Source: Vicingaceae bacterium | GTDB taxonomy: Bacteria > Bacteroidota > Bacteroidia > Flavobacteriales_E > Vicingaceae | Assembly: GCA_036567945.1 (NCBI GenBank) | Contig: DATCTM010000020.1 | Location: 72-64,071, forward strand | Direction: 5' to 3' | Length of the DNA stretch: 64,000 bases | In this document: positions 19,347-28,632 of the stretch, in pieces | Layout of the letters: every line of letters begins with the position of its first letter | How positions within the stretch are numbered: the first letter of the stretch is position 1 | Position numbers and translations under genes: made by a program | The notes under the pieces: model-generated | Told to the model about the DNA's origin: nothing | What the model saw: only the letters and a program-made list of their open reading frames with translations | Database searches by the model: none

Positions 19347-21773
19347 CTAAAAAACCACCCCAAAACTCATTTTTACAGCAAAATTATCGAAAGTTTTATC
19401 AAAAGCATAAGGCCCGTAGCGATAGAAACCTCCTACTCCAAAAGTAGTACTGTTTAATTTGAAAATATTGTTGATGATTAATCCTGATTCGTAAAAACCT
19501 TTTTCCATGGTATTAAAAACCACTCCTTGGTGCAACTCGGCATGGTCTAATTTCCCAACTCCCGCACTAGTAGTAATAACAAACTCTGGTTGGAATTTTT
19601 TAATTTTCAGCAATAAACCTTTAAAACTATGTCGGAAATGAAAATGTACGTATTGGTTAGACAAAAACTCGTAAGGCAACATGGTTTCAAAAGCATTTTC
19701 GGTAGAAAGCAATAAAAAATCATCGGTTCTATTAACACCAATAGGATGGTTGAGCATGTGTTGCGGTACTTTACCATCTGTATAACCCACTTCAACTCTA
19801 AAATAAGGCTGACCAAAATTTCTGGTATTAAATTTTTTCTCTGTTCTAAAAGTATAACGTGTATAGGTATATTCTCCGTCATATTGATTAATGCCTCTTT
19901 CAATTTTGGCATACAAAATCGGATATTTGGTTGCTGTTCGGTAGCTATTAGAAAGTGTTTTTAATATCTTTTCTTTATAAGCATACCTCAACTCCACACC
20001 TACTTCATTAAACAGGTAATTTCTATCTCTGATAAAAGTGGAATTATCTATTTGCTTTACAAAATAATAATCATCGGTAACTTCTACTTTTTGTTGATTT
20101 ACAAAAGCGTAAGTTTTTAAATACCTCAACGTTCTGAAGCTTAATCGAGCTTGCATTTTTTCGTAATTATTCATTCTGTCTAAATACAGTACTCGAGTTC
20201 CTGCCGAAGAAATAAAAGGCACTTTGTAATCTCTAAAACCAACTACCCCCGGCTCAGCAACATCTTTATCGTAAGAAAAATTGATCGCTATATTGTTGTT
20301 TTTTTCAAGCAAGAAAGTGGCATCTCCACCATATTTTTCTTCTTTATCTTTAAATCCGTAAGCTCCATAACCACCAATAGAAAACCATTTAGAAAAATGC
20401 TGATTGGTATGAAATCCGGCACCTAGTCTAAACCCTTCGTAATTGTTATAGTTTACAAAACGGTTCAAATCTAAATCTACCACTCCCCACTTTAATTTTC
20501 CGGTTAAAATGGCTTCCAATCCACCTAATTTTTTATCAAAATTTTCTGCTCTACCAATACTATCAATTACCTGATAAGTTTTTTTCTCTTGAGCTGTTAA
20601 GGTATCACCACGGTATTCATCCCAAAAAGCTTCATCTCTTTTGTTAGCTTTTAAATCAATTTCGGTATCTATATGGCTAAATTCTTTGTTTTTTAATTCA
20701 GGATTAATCACCACATTTTTAATATAAGTATTGCTAATTCCCACCATACTAAATGAATTAATAGTTGCATTGTTCATAATAAATTTAGAACTCAACTGCT
20801 TAGGAAACCATTTACCTTCTATCTTTTCGTACTGTTGACGAATTTTAATGGTTAACGAAGCATCCTGCTCATAAGGTTCCGCAATAACATTTTGCAAAGC
20901 ATAACCATCTGTATTAATATAAAGCAATCCTTGTAAAGCATCAAAATTTTTACCCTTAAGTGGTGTAAAAGATATAATGTAAACCGAATCTGCTCCACTA
21001 ATAATAGTGTCTTCAATTATAAACAAATATTTGTTGTGACTATTGGTAGAGATAGGATTCAAATACGCTTTATCCATCACATAAATATTGGTGTTGTAAA
21101 AAGAGAACGATTGCAACTGTGTTCCCAGTAGTGCAAAAGTGGGATTTTGCAGACCCGAAACCCTTGAAGCAATAACTTTTTCATAATTTTTACTCGGTAC
21201 TTTATATTTACGTTGAGTGATGGATTCCATCATAAAAATATGCTGTGTTTTTAAAATACTATCTGTTCTAATCACCATAGAATCAGCTTTAGCTAATTTT
21301 TCGGGGTCGTTAACCAAAGCACTATCCATTTCAGCAGTCACATATAATTTACTATACGAATCGTAAGTAAAATCTATGCTTTTTTCCGGATTAAGCTGCG
21401 TACGATTATCTACCACTTTTTTAATAATTCTATGGGCAGGATTTTCTCCCGGAAGGATTTTTACCTCGTCCAACTGAAAAGTAGTTGCCGACATGTAAAT
21501 AATTAAAAAATCTTTTCCGCTAAGTTGTATTTCTTTAGATTCATAACCAACATAACTCAATTTAATTGATTGAATGGGTGACTTGGTATTAAAAACAAAA
21601 TTGCCGTCAATATCGGTAGTTGCTCCGTAATTTTTATCCGAAAGAATATTAACAAAAGCTAGTGGTTGCTTTGATTTATCATCCAACACCTTACCTTTAA
21701 AAGTGAATTGAGCAAGCGCACTTGAACACAATAAAAGCAAAAGCCATATAACACCTAATTGTTTACTCAACAT
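19347..21773 (-). CDS. carboxypeptidase-regulatory-like domain + DUF5686-like large outer-membrane-associated protein
   Basis: Signal peptide; FKGKVLDDKSKQPLAFVNI...TDIDGNFVF (CarboxypepD_reg-like); ILPGENPAHRIIKKVVDNR motif recalled for DUF5686 proteins; beta-rich C-terminus ending in F. Confidence 0.55.
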   Translation of the reverse strand: MLSKQLGVIWLLLLLCSSALAQFTFKGKVLDDKSKQPLAFVNILSDKNYGATTDIDGNFVFNTKSPIQSIKLSYVGYESKEIQLSGKDFLIIYMSATTFQLDEVKILPGENPAHRIIKKVVDNRTQLNPEKSIDFTYDSYSKLYVTAEMDSALVNDPEKLAKADSMVIRTDSILKTQHIFMMESITQRKYKVPSKNYEKVIASRVSGLQNPTFALLGTQLQSFSFYNTNIYVMDKAYLNPISTNSHNKYLFIIEDTIISGADSVYIISFTPLKGKNFDALQGLLYINTDGYALQNVIAEPYEQDASLTIKIRQQYEKIEGKWFPKQLSSKFIMNNATINSFSMVGISNTYIKNVVINPELKNKEFSHIDTEIDLKANKRDEAFWDEYRGDTLTAQEKKTYQVIDSIGRAENFDKKLGGLEAILTGKLKWGVVDLDLNRFVNYNNYEGFRLGAGFHTNQHFSKWFSIGGYGAYGFKDKEEKYGGDATFLLEKNNNIAINFSYDKDVAEPGVVGFRDYKVPFISSAGTRVLYLDRMNNYEKMQARLSFRTLRYLKTYAFVNQQKVEVTDDYYFVKQIDNSTFIRDRNYLFNEVGVELRYAYKEKILKTLSNSYRTATKYPILYAKIERGINQYDGEYTYTRYTFRTEKKFNTRNFGQPYFRVEVGYTDGKVPQHMLNHPIGVNRTDDFLLLSTENAFETMLPYEFLSNQYVHFHFRHSFKGLLLKIKKFQPEFVITTSAGVGKLDHAELHQGVVFNTMEKGFYESGLIINNIFKLNSTTFGVGGFYRYGPYAFDKTFDNFAVKMSFGVVF

Positions 21774-21909
21774 GGATAAAAAAGGAAAATCTGCCGTAAA
21801 AATACAATTATAATTGATGTTACAAAAAACGGTACTGTTTTACTTTTTTGTTGGATTATTTTTTTGGTGTTGTTGCTTGGTATTTGGTAAATCTTTATTT
21901 AAAATTAAG

Positions 21910-24117
21910 TTAGCCATTAAAACTCCAACGCAAACCAAACATAAACCTCCTAGTTTGTAAAGGTCCATAAGCGTAAGCTGTATCAAAATTTTCACCAAAT
22001 GGATTTTCAGGATCTACTAATGGTGAAGGCTGAGTATAATTAAACACATTCTTAACAGCTACATATAAATTAAGGCTATTTTTAAATTCCTTTGTAATTT
22101 GCAAATTGTTCAAGCTATACCAAGGGGAACGTGTTGGTCTTTCAAATGGGTGGTCATATTCAGGAAGTTTTTGAGGACTGTAAAATTTACCTGACCAACT
22201 CATTACTATTTTTGGTTTCTTAAATCTATATTCTACTCCTATTGTTCCACTAAAACGAGGTGTAAATTCTTGCTCTTCTTTTACCTGATTCCCATCAACA
22301 TCATTATACACTTGATACATTTCCATAAAGGTTCCTCCTAGACTTATTGACAATGGTTTTAAAAAAGAATGGTGAATGTTATATGAGACTCCTTTTATAA
22401 GAGCATAACCTTTTAAATTATCATAAACAATAAGATTGGGGTTCACGTCATAGTCAGGCAAAATTTTATTACTAAAATGAGTAAAAAACACGTCCATATC
22501 CAATGTGCCAGCACCACCTAGAGCACTATAAACATGATTAAGGTTAAGGTTGGCATTATAAGACTCTTCTGGTTTTAGGTTTTTTGTAATTTCCACTTTT
22601 CTTGCCCCAGAATAAAAAGCATGATCTTCTGTGAATAAATGAACCTGCCTAAACCCTGTTCCAATATTTAATCTTGCCGTGGTATATAAGCCTAATTTCT
22701 GTTTAACATTAAATCTTGGAGCAATAATAACTCCATGCTTTTCGTGATAATCTAACCTAGTACCAAAAAGCAAAGATGTTTTCTTAGTAATTGAATATTC
22801 ATCTTGAGCAAAAACACCTGGAATAAATTCATTCTCATTAGTATAAGATAGTGTATTGTCTTTATATGTTTGGTAGCGTGATGTTACGCCAACTATCCAA
22901 TCATGTTTGCCGTGGTGTTTACTCCATAATAAATTGGAATAAAAGATATTTTGACTTGCTTTGTAACGAGTACTACCATACCAACTGTCTTGAAAGTGAT
23001 TATTGAAAGAATAGTCAAATCTGATATGTTCTTTAAAAGGCAACTGATAAGAACCAATAACTTCGTATCGTTTTGTTTTAACAAATTCACCATACACATC
23101 TTCACTTCCTCTATCATCTTTTTCCCATTGTAGCGTACCACCAAATCTATCTTCAAAATAATATCTTAGTGCAAGATTTGAAATTCTTTTATCTTTTCGT
23201 TTAAAAGTCCATTTATTAAATAGTGTAATTCTGTTATTCAGAGGTATGTCAGTAAAGTTATCGTTATTGTCATCAATCTCCAACTGATTATTATACAAAT
23301 TTGTACTAAAGGTAGTTATAATTTTATCACTTAATTTTGATGTTAAAGCGGCATCTAAATTATATTGAGCATGAGTCGTACCAAATGCATGCACCATTAA
23401 TTTCTCCATATTTTCAGGATTTTTGGTTATTACATTAATCACCCCTCCCACCGCTTCGGTTCCATAAAGGGTTGATGACGGCCCTTTAATTATTTCAATT
23501 CTTTCAATCATTTCGTTTGGTATTCCATTAAGCCCATAAGTTGATGCTAAAGCACTCATAAGTGGCATTCCATCAATAAGCATTAATGTATATGCACCTT
23601 CCATTCCATTAATATGAATACAACTTGTCCCACAAACCCCACAACTCACTTGCTCTTGAACACCGTTAACCATCCCGATAGACTCCATAATGTTATTGCC
23701 AGTATTGTTTCTTAAAAATTTTGAAGTAAGTATTTCTACTTTTACTGGAGAGTCTGAAACTCTAGTCTCTTTCATCGTTCCGGTTACCACTATCTCGTCT
23801 AATTCAGCATGCGTTTGTTGAAGTTCTAAAGAAATAATCTTAATATTTCCTTTTTGTATTTCAATTCTTTTTTTAAAAGGAGCAAATCCTAAACATGAAA
23901 CCTTAAAAGTATATGTACCATCTGGGACATCTTTAATAATAAAATTCCCATTGTTATCTGTAGCAGTACCTAACTTAATTTCATCAATAAATATATTTGC
24001 GTATTGAACAGCCTTTCCTTCACTAACTACTTTTCCTTTTACATCAGAGGTAGGTTGTTGAGCTGTTACACAAATACCTGTAAAACCAATTAACGTTAAA
24101 ATTATAAATCTTTTCAT
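21910..24117 (-). CDS. TonB-dependent receptor with N-terminal carboxypeptidase-regulatory-like domain
   Basis: Signal peptide, CarboxypepD_reg segment, plug region (DEIVVTG...LIDGMP), and a 22-strand-type barrel ending RRFMFGLRWSFNG. Unusual CGVCGTSC insert in the plug. Confidence 0.85.
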   Translation of the reverse strand: MKRFIILTLIGFTGICVTAQQPTSDVKGKVVSEGKAVQYANIFIDEIKLGTATDNNGNFIIKDVPDGTYTFKVSCLGFAPFKKRIEIQKGNIKIISLELQQTHAELDEIVVTGTMKETRVSDSPVKVEILTSKFLRNNTGNNIMESIGMVNGVQEQVSCGVCGTSCIHINGMEGAYTLMLIDGMPLMSALASTYGLNGIPNEMIERIEIIKGPSSTLYGTEAVGGVINVITKNPENMEKLMVHAFGTTHAQYNLDAALTSKLSDKIITTFSTNLYNNQLEIDDNNDNFTDIPLNNRITLFNKWTFKRKDKRISNLALRYYFEDRFGGTLQWEKDDRGSEDVYGEFVKTKRYEVIGSYQLPFKEHIRFDYSFNNHFQDSWYGSTRYKASQNIFYSNLLWSKHHGKHDWIVGVTSRYQTYKDNTLSYTNENEFIPGVFAQDEYSITKKTSLLFGTRLDYHEKHGVIIAPRFNVKQKLGLYTTARLNIGTGFRQVHLFTEDHAFYSGARKVEITKNLKPEESYNANLNLNHVYSALGGAGTLDMDVFFTHFSNKILPDYDVNPNLIVYDNLKGYALIKGVSYNIHHSFLKPLSISLGGTFMEMYQVYNDVDGNQVKEEQEFTPRFSGTIGVEYRFKKPKIVMSWSGKFYSPQKLPEYDHPFERPTRSPWYSLNNLQITKEFKNSLNLYVAVKNVFNYTQPSPLVDPENPFGENFDTAYAYGPLQTRRFMFGLRWSFNG

Positions 24118-24313
24118 AACTATTTTTATTTAGACTAATTCTAAATTGTGGCAAAAATATTATTGAACAATTATTATAATTATGATTCTCCTCATATTCT
24201 GAAAAAAATTATTTAGCTATCGAAATAGTAACAATATAGTGAATAAAAAGCAAATTGTATTAATATAATAATTAAGTTGTTTGAACCCTACATTTAATCC
24301 ACCAAAGTTTTAT

Positions 24314-24321
24314 TACTTTTG
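24314..24321 (+). promoter_or_regulatory. candidate -7 box (TACTTTTG) for lysS
   Basis: TAnnTTTG match 17 nt upstream of the ATG at 24338. No well-spaced TTTG -33 element was seen. Confidence 0.3.
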
Positions 24322-24337
24322 CAGCCTTAATTTTTTA

Positions 24338-26050
24338 ATGATGAGCATACAATTATCGGAACAAGAACAAATTAGAAGAGCATCTCTGACAAAACTCAGG
24401 GAGCTAGGAATAGAGCCATATCCGGCAGCAAAATTCCCTGTTGATACGTTAACAAAAGACATAAAAGATAATTTTGAAGAAGGTAAAGAAGTAATTCTTG
24501 CTGGGAGAATTATGAGTAGAAGGATTATGGGAAAAGCTTCTTTTGCCGAATTGAAAGACAGTTCCGGAAGAATTCAAATTTATATTAACAGAGATGAAAT
24601 TTGTCCTGATGAAGATAAAACGCTTTACAATGAAGTATTCAAAAAATTACTTGATATTGGTGATTTTATTGGCGTGAAAGGAGTTTTATTTACCACTCAA
24701 GTTGGTGAACAATCCGTAAAAATTAAAGAAATTTCGGTTTTAAGCAAAGCTCTAAAACCATTACCTATAGTAAAAACAGATGATGAAGGAAAAGTACATG
24801 ATGCTTTTTCAGATCCTGAATTGCGTTATCGTCAGCGTTATGTTGACTTGGTAGTAAACGACCATGTGAAAGATATTTTTGTAAAACGTACCAAACTTTT
24901 TAATGCCATGCGTCAGTTTTTTAACGACAAAGGTTATTTAGAAGTAGAAACTCCTATTTTACAAGCTATCCCCGGTGGTGCTGCTGCCAAACCATTTATT
25001 ACTCATCACAATGCGCTAGATATTCCGCTTTATATGCGAATTGCCAACGAGCTTTATTTAAAAAGACTAATAGTTGGTGGTTTTGATGGTGTTTATGAGT
25101 TCTCTAAAAACTTCCGTAACGAAGGAATGGACAGAACCCATAACCCTGAATTTACCGCTATGGAAATTTATGTTTCCTATAAAGATTACCATTGGATGAT
25201 GGAGTTTACCGAAAACTTATTGGAGTTTTGTGCTACACAAGTAAACGGTACTACCAAAGCTAAATTTGGTAATCACGAAATTGATTTTAAAGCTCCGTAT
25301 AAAAGAGTAACTATGCGTCAGGCGATTATTGACCATACCGGCTTTGATATTAATGACAAATCTGAAGAAGAATTGCGAAAAGCTTGCTTAGACATGGGTA
25401 TTGAAGTTGATGACTCCATGGGCAAAGGCAAGTTAATTGATGAAATGTTCGGTGAAAAATGTGAAGGCAACTACATTCAGCCCACATTTATTATTGATTA
25501 TCCAAAAGAGATGTCGCCATTGTGTAAACAACACAGAGATAATCCGGAATTAACCGAACGTTTTGAGTTAATGATTTGCGGTAAAGAGGTAGCCAATGCT
25601 TACTCTGAGCTAAACGACCCAATAGATCAACGTGAACGTTTTGAAGAGCAGCTAAAACTCTCTGAAAAAGGCGATGATGAAGCTATGTTTATAGATAATG
25701 ATTTTATTAGAGCGTTGGAATATGGCATGCCACCTACAAGTGGCTTGGGTATTGGTATGGATAGATTAATCATGTTCTTAACCAATAACCAATCTATTCA
25801 AGAAGTGTTGTTTTTTCCACAAATGAAACCGGAAATTGTATCTACAAAAAAAGCATTGGAACTAAACGAAAATGAAAAAGCCATTTTTGACATACTTTCT
25901 AAAAATGGAAAAATGAACATGAACGACTTGAAAGATGCTGTGGGATTATCTAATAAACAATGGGACAAAGGAATTAAATCACTCAGTAAATTTGGCTTGA
26001 CTAAAGTTACCAAAACCAATGATGCCTTAATTGTTGAAGTAGCTGAATAA
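24338..26050 (+). CDS. lysS: lysine--tRNA ligase (class II) with ~75-aa C-terminal extension
   Basis: OB-fold N-terminal domain; class II motifs (FRNEGMDRTHNPEFT, GLGIGMDRLIMF). I prefer the ATG at 24338 to the TTG at 24281 in the ORF track. The tail after FFPQMKPE looks like a winged helix. Confidence 0.9.
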   Translation: MMSIQLSEQEQIRRASLTKLRELGIEPYPAAKFPVDTLTKDIKDNFEEGKEVILAGRIMSRRIMGKASFAELKDSSGRIQIYINRDEICPDEDKTLYNEVFKKLLDIGDFIGVKGVLFTTQVGEQSVKIKEISVLSKALKPLPIVKTDDEGKVHDAFSDPELRYRQRYVDLVVNDHVKDIFVKRTKLFNAMRQFFNDKGYLEVETPILQAIPGGAAAKPFITHHNALDIPLYMRIANELYLKRLIVGGFDGVYEFSKNFRNEGMDRTHNPEFTAMEIYVSYKDYHWMMEFTENLLEFCATQVNGTTKAKFGNHEIDFKAPYKRVTMRQAIIDHTGFDINDKSEEELRKACLDMGIEVDDSMGKGKLIDEMFGEKCEGNYIQPTFIIDYPKEMSPLCKQHRDNPELTERFELMICGKEVANAYSELNDPIDQRERFEEQLKLSEKGDDEAMFIDNDFIRALEYGMPPTSGLGIGMDRLIMFLTNNQSIQEVLFFPQMKPEIVSTKKALELNENEKAIFDILSKNGKMNMNDLKDAVGLSNKQWDKGIKSLSKFGLTKVTKTNDALIVEVAE

Positions 26051-26073
26051 TTAGAACTCCTATAAAAAACCTA

Positions 26074-26110
26074 AAAAGTGCTTTGATTTTCTTCATAGCA
26101 CTTTTTTTAT
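26074..26110 (+). terminator. intrinsic terminator after lysS
   Basis: Stem AAAAGTGCT/AGCACTTTT with a 14-nt loop, followed by a T-run. Confidence 0.65.
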
Positions 26111-26180
26111 GCTTTCATCTTTTAATTCTTATGTTTTTAATACCTTTACCGCTATTAAAGTCAATTGAATTTTTATAAAA

Positions 26181-27053
26181 ATGACAAGAATAGAAGTGCT
26201 AAAAACCTATAAAATATTTATAGACGGGAAATTCCCAAGGACAGAATCAGGAAGGTATTACATACCCGAAAATAAGTGCGGAAACATCTGTTTATCTTCT
26301 AGAAAAGATGTTAGAAATGCAGTTGTTGCAGCTGGTAATGCTACTTCCAAATGGCAAAGTGCTACAGCTTTTAACAAAAGCCAAGTGATTTACCGCATAG
26401 CAGAAATTTTAGAAGGCAGAAAAGCTCAGTTTATTGATGAATTAACGAAACAAGGATATAAAGCGAAAGAAGCCGAAAAAGAAGTTGTAACCGCTATAGA
26501 TAGAATTATTTATTATGCCGGATGGTGCGATAAATTTACACCTGTTTTCAGTTCGGTAAATCCTGTTGCCACACAACATTTTAACTTTACCGCTCCCGAA
26601 GCTGTTGGTACAGTTGCCATTTTAGCTCCTGAAAAGTCAGGGTTACTAGGACTAGTTTCTGCAATTATTCCGGTTATAGTTGGAGGAAATACCGTTGTGG
26701 TTTTAGCTTCAGAAAGTTTGCCACTTTGTGCCATTACATTTGCCGAAGTACTAAATACATCTGACGTTCCCAGTGGTGTAGTAAATATCCTTACGGGAAA
26801 AAGAAGTGAATTATCAGAACATTTTGCTACACACATGGATATAAAAGGGTTGTTGTATTATGGAAGTGACAAAAAAGAAATAAGTTCCATTCAAAAAAAT
26901 GCGGTAAACAACCTTAAAAGAATAACCATAAGAGAGGAAAACGATTTGTACAACGAATCGCACCAAACACCTTATTTAATTGAAGACTTTTTAGAAATGA
27001 AAACCACTTGGCATCCTATTGAAATAATTGGAGCTTCGGGTAGTGGTTATTAA
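26181..27053 (+). CDS. aldehyde-dehydrogenase-like protein lacking the catalytic domain
   Basis: 290 aa. It aligns by eye to the ALDH N-terminal/NAD-binding half (FIDGKF..., RxxILxxxA, GGNTVVVLASE, PSGVVNILTG, NLKRIT). It ends about 35 aa after the point where ELGGK and the catalytic Cys region would start. Confidence 0.6.
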   Translation: MTRIEVLKTYKIFIDGKFPRTESGRYYIPENKCGNICLSSRKDVRNAVVAAGNATSKWQSATAFNKSQVIYRIAEILEGRKAQFIDELTKQGYKAKEAEKEVVTAIDRIIYYAGWCDKFTPVFSSVNPVATQHFNFTAPEAVGTVAILAPEKSGLLGLVSAIIPVIVGGNTVVVLASESLPLCAITFAEVLNTSDVPSGVVNILTGKRSELSEHFATHMDIKGLLYYGSDKKEISSIQKNAVNNLKRITIREENDLYNESHQTPYLIEDFLEMKTTWHPIEIIGASGSGY

Positions 27054-27061
27054 TAAAGATT

Positions 27062-27856
27062 ATGAATAGAAATGAATTACTTTTAACAGCAATAAATGCT
27101 GCTATTGATGCAGGAAAAGAAATTTTAACGGTTTATTCTACCGACTTTCAAGTGGAAAACAAAGCAGATAAATCACCACTTACCGAAGCAGACAAAAGAG
27201 CACATGCTGCAATTGTAAACAAATTAAAAAGTACCAATTTACCTATTCTTAGTGAGGAAGGTAAATCCATCCCTTACGAAGAAAGAAAAGCCTGGAATCA
27301 ATTTTGGATGGTAGACCCTTTAGATGGTACCAAAGAGTTTATTAATAAAAATGGAGAATTTACCGTAAACATTGCATTAATTGAAAATCAACTTTCCACT
27401 ATGGGTGTGATTTATGTTCCGGTAACTAGAGAACTGTATTTTTCTGATGAAAAAGCATATAAAATAAATAACATTACTACTGCTGCTAACACACTTGCAG
27501 ATTTGATAACTACTGCTAACAAATTACCGCTTAAAACAGAAAGAACTGATTTTGTAGTAGTAGCGAGTCGCTCACACATGAGTGATGAAACTAAAACCTT
27601 TATTGAAGAAAAAGAAACTGAACACAATAGTATCAGTTTACTATCAAAAGGTAGTTCACTAAAATTGTGTATGGTAGCCGAAAATGCTGCCGATTGTTAT
27701 CCAAGATTTGCTCCAACCATGGAATGGGACACCGCTGCAGGAAACGCTATTATTAATGCCGCAGGAGGTATTGTAATAGATCAAACTACCCAAGAAAAAA
27801 TGAAATACAATAAAGAAAACCTGTTAAACAACTGGTTTTTAGCTCAATTAAATTAA
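27062..27856 (+). CDS. cysQ: 3'(2'),5'-bisphosphate nucleotidase
   Basis: Inositol-monophosphatase-family motifs SEE, WMVDPLDGTKEF and WDTAAG. Confidence 0.85.
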   Translation: MNRNELLLTAINAAIDAGKEILTVYSTDFQVENKADKSPLTEADKRAHAAIVNKLKSTNLPILSEEGKSIPYEERKAWNQFWMVDPLDGTKEFINKNGEFTVNIALIENQLSTMGVIYVPVTRELYFSDEKAYKINNITTAANTLADLITTANKLPLKTERTDFVVVASRSHMSDETKTFIEEKETEHNSISLLSKGSSLKLCMVAENAADCYPRFAPTMEWDTAAGNAIINAAGGIVIDQTTQEKMKYNKENLLNNWFLAQLN

Positions 27857-27878
27857 TCACTTCTAAAACTTTATTCCT

Positions 27879-28349
27879 ATGAAATATTTACTTTCTGTTA
27901 CCTTAATTGTTTTTTTATTTATAACTAGTTGCCAGCCTGAAGGTAGAGTTTTTGTTGAACATAAAGAACTTTCACCAGATTTAGAATGGCTAAAAAAAGA
28001 CAGCCGAGAATTTAAAGTATTGATTGAAGATAATTCTATCAATTACGATTTTAAAATCTCCTTTAGATATGCTAACGGCTATCAATATAAAACAGCCAAT
28101 ATTGTTATAAAAGAAATTTCACCAAGTGGAAAGGAAACCACCAATAACTATGAATTAACTATTAGAAATGAAAATGGCGAATATATTGGAGAAGCGGGTT
28201 ACGATATTTGGGATAGTGAACACTTAGTTGAGCCATCAAAAAAGTTTGAAGAAAGTGGAACTTACACCTATATTATCGAACATAATATGCCCAAAGATCC
28301 ATTACATTTCGCAATGGAAGTAGGCATTATAGTGGATAAAGCGAAATAA
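27879..28349 (+). CDS. gldH: gliding motility lipoprotein GldH-like
   Basis: 156 aa with lipobox (LFITSC) and the family-like layout VFxEHK...W.K....F...NYDF.ISFRY...Y.Y.N....I..P.G...H.M....L..ME.G. Recognised from memory of GldH, not searched. Confidence 0.55.
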   Translation: MKYLLSVTLIVFLFITSCQPEGRVFVEHKELSPDLEWLKKDSREFKVLIEDNSINYDFKISFRYANGYQYKTANIVIKEISPSGKETTNNYELTIRNENGEYIGEAGYDIWDSEHLVEPSKKFEESGTYTYIIEHNMPKDPLHFAMEVGIIVDKAK

Positions 28350-28394
28350 GCAACTGATTTTTAACAAAAAATTGTAAGGCATTAAAATCTTACT

Positions 28395-28402
28395 TATTTT
28401 TG
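28395..28402 (+). promoter_or_regulatory. candidate -7 box (TATTTTTG) driving the SAM riboswitch-metH transcript
   Basis: TAnnTTTG match about 43 nt upstream of riboswitch helix P1. Confidence 0.45.
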
Positions 28403-28444
28403 TACTTACGTTCTTTAGAAATAAAATTGTCTGCACGGATTCCG

Positions 28445-28570
28445 TGTTTATCAAGAAAGGTGGAGGGAATAGGCCCTGTGAAACCTTGGCAACCAACTAT
28501 AAGTCTTGCATAAGCGAGATTGGAAAATCGGTGCTAAATCCTATCCCGATAAATCGGGAAAAGATAAGTA
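28445..28570 (+). promoter_or_regulatory. SAM-I (S-box) riboswitch aptamer
   Basis: TTATCAAGAAAGGTGGAGGGAATAGGCCCTGTGAAACCTTGGCAACC...GGTGCTAAATCC...GATAAG matches the SAM-I core. P1 pairs 28445-28452 with 28563-28570. It sits upstream of methionine synthase. Confidence 0.88.
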
Positions 28571-28587
28571 GAAAAATATAAAAGAGA

Positions 28588-28625
28588 CCCTTCTGCTTAT
28601 CCTAACAGAAGGGTTTTTTGTTTTT
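28588..28625 (+). terminator. riboswitch expression-platform terminator
   Basis: Stem CCCTTCTG/CAGAAGGG followed by TTTTTTGTTTTT. The alternative antiterminator pairs GATAAGTAGAA (28563-28573) with TTCTGCTTATC (28591-28601): 11 bp including one G-U. Confidence 0.8.
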
Positions 28626-28632
28626 ATTAAAT

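Noticed and set aside
24281-24337. N-terminal extension of lysS from a TTG start
   Set aside because: The extension (NPTFNPPKFYYFCSLNFL) contains the candidate promoter box and has no LysRS homology. The ATG at 24338 gives the canonical MSIQLSEQEQIRR start.
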